Shown: positions 17,742 through 27,100 of the stretch, in pieces
How the letters are laid out: each line of letters starts with the position of its first letter
How positions within the stretch are numbered: position 1 is the stretch's first letter
Source of the DNA: Komarekiella delphini-convector SJRDD-AB1
GTDB lineage: Bacteria; Cyanobacteriota; Cyanobacteriia; Cyanobacteriales; Nostocaceae
NCBI RefSeq assembly: GCF_014831675.1
Contig: NZ_VJXY01000060.1
Span: 1 to 36,577 of the forward strand
DNA length: 36,577 nucleotides
Direction of reading: 5' to 3'
Made by a program: the position numbers and the translations under genes
Notes under the pieces: generated by a model
Databases searched by the model: none
What the model saw: only the letters and a program-made list of their open reading frames with translations
Told to the model about the DNA's origin: nothing

Positions 17742-20700
17742 ATGACAATGAATCCAGTACATAAAAATCATGAATATAATAATTCTGAAATAGCCATAAT
17801 TGCCGTTGCTGGTCGGTTCCCAGGAGCAAAAGACATCGAGTCTTTTTGGCAGAATATACATGATGGTGTAGAATCTATATCCAGGTTTACAGATGAAGAA
17901 TTATTAGAATCTGGTGTCTCTCCAGATTTACTGAGTAATTCTAATTATGTAAAAGCTAATCCTGTTGTATCAGACATTGAATTATTTGATGCAAATTTCT
18001 TTGCTTATAGTGCTAAAGAAGCTGAGTTAATAGATCCACAACAACGCCTATTTTTAGAATTGGCTTGGGAAGCAACAGAAAAGGCTGGTTATGATCCACA
18101 AACTTACAATGGTTTGATCGGGGTTTATGCTGGTGTGGGGATGAATCATTATTTGATAAAAAATATCTACTCTAATCATCAATTATTAGAAACAGTTGAC
18201 CCTCTTCAATTAATAGTTTCCAACGAGAAAGATTTTTTACCGACACGGGTTGCCTATAAACTCAACTTGACTGGGCCAGCAGTCAATGTGCAAACAGCTT
18301 GTTCTACTTCTTTAGTTGCAGTTCATCAAGCTTGTCAAAGTCTGTTCAATGGTGAATGTGACATGGCTTTAGCTGGTGGAGTTTCTCTAGGCATTCCCCA
18401 AAAAACAGGTTATTTGTATCAACCGGAAATGATCCTTTCTCCTGATGGACACTGCCGTAGTTTTGATGCAAAAGCCCAAGGAACTGTTGCTGGTAGCGGT
18501 GCTGGGATTGTGGTATTGAAAAGATTAAAGGATGCGATCGCAGATCGTGACCACATCCATGCAATCATTAAAGGTTCAGCCATTAATAACGATGGGGCAA
18601 TGAAAGTCGGTTACACTGCTCCTAGTGTCAGTGGTCAAGCCGCAGTCATTGGCGAGGCTCAAGCTATAGCTGGTGTAGATGCCGAAACAATTTCCTACAT
18701 CGAAGCACACGGTACAGCTACACCTTTAGGAGATCCCATTGAAATTGCCGCTTTAACTCAAGCTTTTAGGCAAACCACAGATAAAAAAGGTTTCTGTGCT
18801 ATTGGTTCGCTAAAAAGTAACTTAGGACATTTGGATACAGCAGCAGGTGTTGCAGGTTTGATAAAGACGGTATTAGCATTGCAAAATCAAATGCTGCCCC
18901 CTAGTTTGCACTACCAGACACCTAATCCCAAAATTGATTTTGCTAACAGTCCTTTTTATGTCAATACAACCCTAACTGAATGGAAAACAAATAACACCCC
19001 TCGCCGTGCTGGGGTTAGTTCCTTTGGTATGGGAGGGACTAATGCTCATGTAATTTTAGAAGAAGTAGTACCAGTCAACAGTCAACAGTCAACAGTAAAC
19101 AGTAAACAGTCAACAGTAAACAGTAAACAGTCAACAGTTAACAGTAAACAGTCAACAGTTAACAGTAAATATTTTCTGTTGTGTTTATCGGCTAAAACTG
19201 CGAATGCCCTTGAGCAGGCAACAACTAATTTAATTACACATTTAAAAGAGCATCCAGAACTGAACTTAGGCGATGTGGCTTATACGCTTAATAGTGGTCG
19301 TCGGGGTTTTAATTACCGACGAATGTTAATTTGTCAAGACTTAGAAGATGCGGTTGAAGCTCTCAGCAGTTTAGCAGTCCAACAAGTATTTACTAACTAT
19401 ACAGAGATTACTGAACGACCTGTTGTCTTTATGTTTCCCGGTCAAGGTTCTCAGTACGTCAACATGGCGCGGGAAATTTATCAAACCCAGACAGTATTTC
19501 AAGAACAAGTTGATTATTGCTCAGAAATTCTTAAACCTTTACTTGGGGAGGATTTGCGCCATATTCTCTATCCTAGCGAGTCAAAGATTGATGAAGCATC
19601 GCAGCAACTTCAACAAACCGCACTTGCCCAAAGCGCTATTTTTGTCATTGAATACGCCCTAACTCAATTATGGCAGTCATGGGGAGTGGAGCCACAAGCT
19701 GCGATCGGTCATAGTATTGGCGAATATGTAGCAGCAACTCTAGCTGGAGTTTTTTCTCTAGAAGATGCTTTATCTCTGGTAGCAGCACGCGGACAGTTGA
19801 TGCAGCAACTTCCCACTGGCGCAATGCTTTCAGTTCCCTTACCCGCAGACAAATTAAAATTCTTACTGGGGCAAGAACTTTCTATCGCCGCGATTAATCA
19901 ACCTTCGCAGTGTGTAATTTCTGGTTCAACAGCCGCCGTTGATGCACTACAAAATCAACTTGCTGCTCAAGGAATTGAGTGTCGCCGTCTGCATACATCC
20001 CATGCTTTCCATTCGCACATGATGGAACCAATCTTAGAGGCATTTAGACAGCGAGTTAGAAAAGTTACTTTAAATCCCCCAAAACTACCTTATATCTCCA
20101 ACCTAACTGGTACTTGGATTACAGTCAGCCAAGCCACAAATCCTGACTATTACGCTCAACATCTGCGTTCTACAGTACTGTTTGCCTCTGGTGTAGAGAA
20201 ACTATTGGCAACACCGGAGCAAGTCTTATTAGAAGTAGGGCCAGGACATACACTAATTACATTAGTCAAAAGACATCCAGACAAAACAGCCACACAAAGA
20301 GTCTTGAATTCAGTACGTCATCCTCAAGAAAAGCAATCCGATAATCATGTTTTATTAACCGCATTAGGTCAACTCTGGTTAGCTGGGGTTAAGGTAGATT
20401 GGTTTGGATTTTATAGTCAGGATGAGTATTATCGTCTTCCCTTAGCAACTTATCCCTTTGAGCGCCAACGTTATTGGATTGAACCACCAAAAAAACATAA
20501 CGATGAGCCTCTCAAAACTCTATCTTCACCAAAGTTAGATAATTTTCAGCCAGAAAATATATCTGCGCTCTACTCTAGACCTAATTTGCCAAATTCTTAT
20601 GTAGCTCCCCGCAATGAACTTGAAGAAAAAATTGCCAATATCTGGCAAGAATTATTAGGAATTCAACTCGTGGGAATCCATGACAACTTTTTTGAATTGG

Positions 20701-20858
20701 GAGGAGATTCACTAATAGGTGTTCAATTTATAACCCGATTACGAAATACTTTTTCTATTCAATTATCTGTAGCAAGTTTGTTTGAGTCTCCCACAATAGC
20801 TGACATATCACTAAAGCTAGAGCAACAAGAAATTGATAGAGAAGAAATCGCAATATGA
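17742..20858 (+). CDS. type I PKS module: KS-AT(malonyl)-carrier, no KR/DH/ER/MT
   Basis: - KS: 'VQTACSTSL' (Cys at 18300), 'EAHGTATPLGDP' and 'SNLGHLDTAAG'.
- AT: 'FPGQGSQ', 'GHSIGEYVAA' (Ser at 19713) and 'HAFHS' (20001-20012, malonyl-type).
- Carrier: 'APRNELEEKIANIWQELLGIQLVGIHDNFFELGGDSL' (Ser at 20709), which looks like an NRPS T domain.
- Only about 50 aa separate the post-AT linker from the carrier, leaving no room for a KR.
- The gene starts 3 nt after the NRPS2 stop. Confidence 0.95.
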   Translation: MTMNPVHKNHEYNNSEIAIIAVAGRFPGAKDIESFWQNIHDGVESISRFTDEELLESGVSPDLLSNSNYVKANPVVSDIELFDANFFAYSAKEAELIDPQQRLFLELAWEATEKAGYDPQTYNGLIGVYAGVGMNHYLIKNIYSNHQLLETVDPLQLIVSNEKDFLPTRVAYKLNLTGPAVNVQTACSTSLVAVHQACQSLFNGECDMALAGGVSLGIPQKTGYLYQPEMILSPDGHCRSFDAKAQGTVAGSGAGIVVLKRLKDAIADRDHIHAIIKGSAINNDGAMKVGYTAPSVSGQAAVIGEAQAIAGVDAETISYIEAHGTATPLGDPIEIAALTQAFRQTTDKKGFCAIGSLKSNLGHLDTAAGVAGLIKTVLALQNQMLPPSLHYQTPNPKIDFANSPFYVNTTLTEWKTNNTPRRAGVSSFGMGGTNAHVILEEVVPVNSQQSTVNSKQSTVNSKQSTVNSKQSTVNSKYFLLCLSAKTANALEQATTNLITHLKEHPELNLGDVAYTLNSGRRGFNYRRMLICQDLEDAVEALSSLAVQQVFTNYTEITERPVVFMFPGQGSQYVNMAREIYQTQTVFQEQVDYCSEILKPLLGEDLRHILYPSESKIDEASQQLQQTALAQSAIFVIEYALTQLWQSWGVEPQAAIGHSIGEYVAATLAGVFSLEDALSLVAARGQLMQQLPTGAMLSVPLPADKLKFLLGQELSIAAINQPSQCVISGSTAAVDALQNQLAAQGIECRRLHTSHAFHSHMMEPILEAFRQRVRKVTLNPPKLPYISNLTGTWITVSQATNPDYYAQHLRSTVLFASGVEKLLATPEQVLLEVGPGHTLITLVKRHPDKTATQRVLNSVRHPQEKQSDNHVLLTALGQLWLAGVKVDWFGFYSQDEYYRLPLATYPFERQRYWIEPPKKHNDEPLKTLSSPKLDNFQPENISALYSRPNLPNSYVAPRNELEEKIANIWQELLGIQLVGIHDNFFELGGDSLIGVQFITRLRNTFSIQLSVASLFESPTIADISLKLEQQEIDREEIAI
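19072..19169 (+). repeat. STRR-like heptamer array (14 tandem units cagtcaa/cagtaaa/cagttaa) inside the PKS coding frame
   Basis: Counted directly from the sequence. It translates in frame as 'VNSQQSTVNSKQSTVNSKQSTVNSKQSTVNSK', between the end of the KS ('NAHVILEE') and the start of the KS-AT linker ('LLCLSAKT'). Confidence 0.9.
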
Positions 20859-20870
20859 ATAAGCTCAAAA

Positions 20871-20916
20871 ACCCTCCGCGCCCCTTCGCGTAAAACTCTG
20901 CGCTACTTTGCGTTTA
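20871..20916. repeat. short dispersed GC-rich repeat, 'CTCTGCG/CTTCGCG' family, copy 3
   Basis: 'accctccgcgccccttcgcgtaaaactctgcgctactttgcgttt' lies in the spacer between the PKS and NRPS3. Confidence 0.4.
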
Positions 20917-20956
20917 AAAATAAAACATTTGGGATGCTCCCATCTACTAACCAGGT

Positions 20957-21133
20957 ATGGAGGTAATTTTTGTGAATATCAAGCAATTAGTATCTGAACT
21001 TTCTCAGCAAGGTGTGAAGTTGCGAGTTGAAGGTGAGCAGTTGCGTGTTAATGCTCCAAAAGGAGTATTGACAGCAGAAACTCGTGATTTACTAGCTAAG
21101 AATAAAGCAGAACTTATCTTGTTGCTTGAGCAG
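20957..21133 (+). other. TubC-type N-terminal docking domain of NRPS3 (divergent variant)
   Basis: 'GVKLRVEGEQLRVNAPKGVLTAETRDLLAKNKAELILLLEQ' has the same architecture as the other two docks but a different sequence. The upstream PKS ends in 'LEQQEIDREEIAI'. Confidence 0.6.
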
Positions 21134-24100
21134 AAAAATGCAATTACCACCGATACTAATTTACCTTTAATAAAAGGCGATCGCACTCAAAACTTACCTC
21201 TATCTTTTGCCCAAGAACAAATCTGGCTCTTGAGTCAGTTAGAACCAGATAACCCCTTTTACAACGAACTAGTAGCTCTGCGACTTCAAGGTCACTTAAA
21301 CATCACAGCACTGGAGCAAAGCCTCAACAAAATTATCGCTCGCCACGAAGCTTTACGTACCAATTTCCGCACCATCAACGAGCAACCAGTCCAGGTAATT
21401 GCTGAAACCTTAACCTTAAATGTACCAGTAATAGACTTAACAGAATTACCTGAAAGAGAAATCACTCTTGGGCAATTAGCTACAGCAAAAGCTACTCGAC
21501 CATTTAACCTTGCTAATTCTCCTTTAATCCAAGCTTGTGTAGTTAAACTCACAGAGGTAGAACACGTCTTCCTACTGACGATACACCACATTGTTTTTGA
21601 TGGTTGGTCAACAGGTGTATTGATGCGGGAGTTAGCCAGCATTTACTCGGCTCTGTGCCATAATTCTTCCCCACAGCTACCTGAGCTACCAATTCAGTAT
21701 GCCGACTTTGCGATTTGGCAACGGCAATTGTGGAAAACAGGGGTAATTCAAAAACAGCTTAATTACTGGAAGCAACAACTCAAAAATGCTCCTACCTTAT
21801 TAGAATTACCCACAGACCGTCCCAGACCAGCCATTCAAACTTTCCGGGGGGCGCGTCAATATATAGAACTGCCAATAGAACTAAGTGAAGCACTTACCAA
21901 TTTTAGTAAGCAAGAGAGAGCCTCCCTGTTCATGACGCTGTTCACAGCTTATGTTACCTTGCTTTATCGCTATACAGGCTCCGATGATATTGTAGTGGGT
22001 ATGCCCATTGCTAACCGCGATCGCTTAGAGATAGAAGGGTTAATTGGCTTTTTTGTCAACACTTTAGTCCTACGCACAGATTTGTCAGGCAAACCCAGTT
22101 TTCAGCAGTTGCTAGGTCGAGTACGGCAAGTGACACTGGAAGCTTACGCTCATCCAGACCTGCCTTTTGAAGAGTTGGTCAAAGCATTGCAGCCACAACG
22201 CGACCTCAGCCATACGCCACTATTTCAGGTGTTGTTTGCCTTTCAGAATGTACCTGCGTCTGGAGTAGAGATGACTGGTTTAACTGTCAGTCCATTTGCA
22301 GCAGAAAGCGCAACGGCAAAGTTTGATTTAACATTATCAATGCAGAACACTGCCACTGGACTAGTCGGTATGTGGGAGTACAATACTGACTTGTTTGATG
22401 CAGGCACTATCGAGCGGATGGCAGGGCATTTTGTGACGTTGCTTGAAGCCATTATTGCTAACCCACAGCAGCAAATCTCACAATTGCCCCTGCTGACAGA
22501 GGCAAAACAACAAAAGTTACTCGTTGAATGGAACAATACTCAAGTTGAATACCCCCGTGATAAGTGTATCCATCAGTTGTTTGAGGAGCAGGTAGAGCGT
22601 ACACCCGATGCAGTAGCGGTTGTATTTGGCGATCGCCAACTAACCTACCATGAATTGAACTGCCGTGCTAATCAGTTGGCGCACTACTTAAGAACTTTGG
22701 GTGTAAAACCAGATACGCTGGTAGGCATTTGCGTCGAGCGTTCTTTAGAAATGCTCGTCGGGCTATTGGGAATTCTTAAAGCGGGTGGTGCTTATGTGCC
22801 ACTTGACCCAGAGTATCCAACTGAACGTTTGCACTTTATGCTTGAAGATGCTCAAGTTTCAGTGTTACTCACCCAACAGCATTTAGTTGAGAAACTTCCT
22901 GAGCATCAAGCGAAACTTATATATTTGGATACTCAATGGGAGGGGATAGGTCAGTCAAGTCAGGATAATCTTATCAGTGACGTACAAGCAACTAATCTGG
23001 CTTATGTGATTTATACCTCTGGTTCTACAGGAACACCAAAAGGAGTGATGATTGAGCATCAGTCTTTGGTCAATTTTACAAAAGCTGAGGTAACACAATG
23101 GGGCATTAACCAAAAAGATTGCATCCTCCAGTTTAGTTCTTTTAGTTTTGATGTCTTTGCTAAAGATATTTATCCCTGCTTAAGTGTTGGCGGCACACTG
23201 GTACTGCGAACAGAACAAATGTTAAATTCCTGGTTCGCTTTGATTGCAGGAATTGAGCGTTGGCAAATAACCGTGCTAAATTTCCCAGCAGCCTACTGGC
23301 ATGAGTTGGTAACAGAACTGGCTCGAACAAACAAGAGTTTGTCGCCGAATCTACGACTAATAACTATTGGTGGAGAAAGGTTATTACCAGAAAAAATTAA
23401 ACTGTGGTATGAACATATACAAAAAAACTCAGATTTATCTAAGTTAGCAACTTCTCCCCAGCTAATTAACGGTTACGGGCCTACGGAAACAACAATTCAA
23501 GCTAGTGGCTGTCTCTTATCTGCCCAGATGTGTGATGCCTTGTACTCAATTCCCATTGGTCGTCCCATTCCTAACACACAAATCTACATCCTCGACTCAA
23601 ACTTACAAACAGTTCCCGTAGGTGTACCAGGAGAATTGCACATTGGTGGTGCTGGATTAGCACGAGGATACCTCAACCGCCCTGAATTAACACAAGAGAA
23701 ATTCATTCCTAACCCATTTGAGGAGGTACAAGGGAGTAGATTATATAAAACCGGGGATTTAGCACGCTACTTGCCCGATGGCAACATTGAATATATAGGA
23801 CGTATAGATAATCAAGTTAAGATTCGCGGCTTCCGCATTGAGTTGGGTGAAATCGAAACGGTACTAAGTCAACATGGAGATGTACAAGCATCCTGTGTCA
23901 TTGCCCGCGAAGATATCCCAGGTGATAAACGCTTAGTCGCTTACGTGATGCTGCATCAGCACTACACATCCAGAATCAATGAACTACGCCATTTCCTAAA
24001 GGCAAAACTTCCAGAGTACATGGTTCCAAATGCAATAGTCATTCTGGAGTATCTGCCACTCACTCCCAACGGCAAAGTAGACCGCCGCGCCTTACCCGCA

Positions 24101-27100
24101 CCAGATTTACACAGCGAACCCAAAGGTAAATTTGTTGCCCCACGCACACCTGTTGAAGAAATGCTGACACAAATTTGGGCGCAAGTGCTGAAAGTAGAGC
24201 AAGTGGGCATTCATGATAACTTCTTTGAACTCGGAGGACATTCGCTACTAGCAACACAACTGCTCTCACGTATTGGCAACATTTTCCAAGTGGAACTACC
24301 TTTGCGTAGCCTGTTTGCCGCAGCGACAGTTGCAGAATTAGGGCATTTGATTGAGCAGTTGCAGCAACAGAAATTAGAATTAACTTCCCCACCCATCTTA
24401 CCAAGACCAAAGGATGCAGAATTACCACTGTCTTATGCTCAACAGCGTTTGTGGTTTTTAGACCAGTTACAGCCGGACAGTGGCTCCTACAATATGCCTC
24501 TAACTTTGCATCTAGTAGGAACTCTCAATCAACCTGCCTTAAAACAAAGCTTACAAGAAATCATTCGTCGCCACGAAGCTTTACGCACCAATTTTATTAC
24601 GGTTGATGGCAAACCTTCTCAAGTTATCCAAACACAAACGAATTGGACACTATCAATTATTAACTGCGAAGATCTGCCAAAAAGCAAAAAAGAAATTGCT
24701 ATACAGCAATTAGCACAAAAACAAGCTATTCAATCTTTTAATTTGGCAGATGAACCATTAGTCAAGGCAACGTTAGTTGTGCTGTCCGAGACAGAACACG
24801 CTTTGTTGGTGTTTATACATCACATTGTCTCGGATGGCTGGTCAATGGGTGTGTTTATTCAAGAGTTAGCAGCCCTGTACAATGCTTATTCTCAAGGTCA
24901 GCCGTCACCCTTAGCGCCACTGCCGATTCAGTACGCAGATTTCGCAATTTGGCAGCGAAAGTGGTTACAAGGTGATGTACTGCAAAGCCAACTCTCGTAC
25001 TGGCAACAACAACTAGCCAACGCACCAGCTTTGTCATCCCTACCGACAGACCGACCTAGAGGGGCTGTGCAAACTTACCACGGGGCATATCAAGAGTTTA
25101 TACTTTCAAAGGAGCTAAGTGTTGCGCTCAAACAATTGAGTCAAAAAGAAGGTGTTACCTTATTTATGACGCTGTTAGCAGCATTTCAAATATTGCTATG
25201 GCGCTATAGTGGGCAGGATGATATCTGCATAGGAACACCGATCGCTAATCGTAACCGTACAGAAATAGAACCATTAATTGGCTTTTTTGTCAATACTCTT
25301 GTATTGCGTACCCGCTTAGATGGTAATCCTAGTTTTAAGCAGCTATTATCACGGGTGCGAGAAGTCGCTCTAGGAGCCTATGCTCATCAAGATTTGCCTT
25401 TTGAAATGTTGGTGGAAGCATTGCAACCAGAACGAAATCTCAGCCATAACCCAATTTTTCAAGTATGGTTTAATTTAATGAACTTGGCAGACACTCAACC
25501 GAAACTTTTTGAGTTGTCTGTAGAACCGATATCGATACCAGAGGCAGCTTCCAAGTTTGATTTAAGCTTGTATGTTACAGAACACAAACAAGAAATAACT
25601 CTGCAAGTAGTATATAATTCTGACCTATTTACTTCAGAAAGAATGGTGGAAATGCTGCAACAATTCCATCATTTACTCAATCAAATTGTTGTTGTTCCTG
25701 ATAGTGCAATTGCCTTTTATTCTCTTGTGACACCACAAGCTAGACTTTTGCTGCCAGATCCCACAACAGCCATACCACAACCAGAATACGAATTAGTCAC
25801 AACAACTTTTACTTCTTGGGTCAATAGCAGCCCAGAACTCTCAGCAGTTTGTCAAGGCTCTCGCACTTGGAACTATGGCGAATTAGGCAAAAGCTCTCAA
25901 GCTTTAGCTAGGGTGATGCTGAGTCACGGAATTGAACGAGGAGATGTCGTCGCCTTGTATGGTACATCCAGTTTTGGATTAATTGCTAGTGTGATCGCTA
26001 TTCTTTTGAGTGGCGGAGTGTTAATGACACTCGATCCCCAACTTCCTGATGAGCGTCAACGATTGATACTCAAAGAAGCTCAAGCTAAATACATATTAGA
26101 CCTTGATGGTCAGCACCCAGAAGCCCAGGAGCTATGGCAGTCTTTAACTGTCATACGTATAAATAAAGATACAGCAGAACCGATAAATCATCGCCAGCAA
26201 AGCAGTCATCCAATACCCTTGCCGGAAATATCCGGGGATGAGCCAGCCTATATTTTCTTTACTTCTGGTAGTACTGGCGTTCCGAAAGGAGTATTAGGGT
26301 GTCACAAAGGGATAGCACACTTTATCAGCTGGCAGCGTCAGACCTTTGGAATTAGTCAGCAAGACCGCATTGCCCAATTAACCAAACTTTCCTTTGATGC
26401 CATCTTAAGAGATATCTTCTTACCTTTAACCAGTGGTGCAACCTTATGTCTGCCAGCAGCAGGGGATAACTTAGAACCGACGAAAATTTTGCGTTACTTG
26501 GAACGAGAGCAGATTTCTGTTGTACACACAGTTCCTTCCTTGGCGCAATCATGGTTAGCTAATGTACCCAAAGAAGTCTCTGTGCATAACTTACGTTGGT
26601 TATTCTTTTCTGGAGAACCTCTCAAGGAGACACTCATACGGCGATGGCGAGATGCTTTTCCCCAAGCAGGAGAAATCATTAATCTTTATGGGGCGACAGA
26701 GACAACCTTAGTCAAGTGTTATTACCAAGTACCTAGCAAACCGACACCAGGGGTACAGCCAGTAGGACGACCAATGCCTGAAACTCAAGCACTAGTTTTG
26801 GGTGTAAATCATCAACTGTGCGGTATTGGGGAACCGGGCGAGATTATTTTACGCACACCATTCCGCAGTTTGGGCTACATTAATGCCCCAGAGGAAATGC
26901 GCTCTCGGTTTGTCAAAAACCATTTTCGTAATGATGACCAGGATTTGTTGTACTATACAGGCGATCGCGGCCGCTATCTTCCAGATGGCTCCTTAGAAAT
27001 TCTCGGTCGCCAAGATCATCAAGTCAAGATTCGCGGCATACGCATTGAGCTTGGAGAAATTGAAACAGTATTAGCACAACACCCATCTGTGCATCAGACT

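Noticed and set aside
20040-20640. Hidden ketoreductase between the AT and the carrier of the PKS
   Set aside because: The region is only the post-AT linker ('YPFERQRYWIEPP') plus about 50 aa. It has no Rossmann GxGxxG motif and too little length for a KR.
13251-26679. Many 60-120-aa ORFs inside the megasynthase genes, antisense or in alternative sense frames (13251-13469, 15456-15722, 16680-17042, 18346-18564, 19423-19662, 21004-21186, 21292-21642, 22243-22536, 23962-24428, 24855-25037, 26352-26679, 27528-27716)
   Set aside because: All are fully nested within long ORFs that carry unambiguous NRPS/PKS core motifs. They are typical shadow frames.
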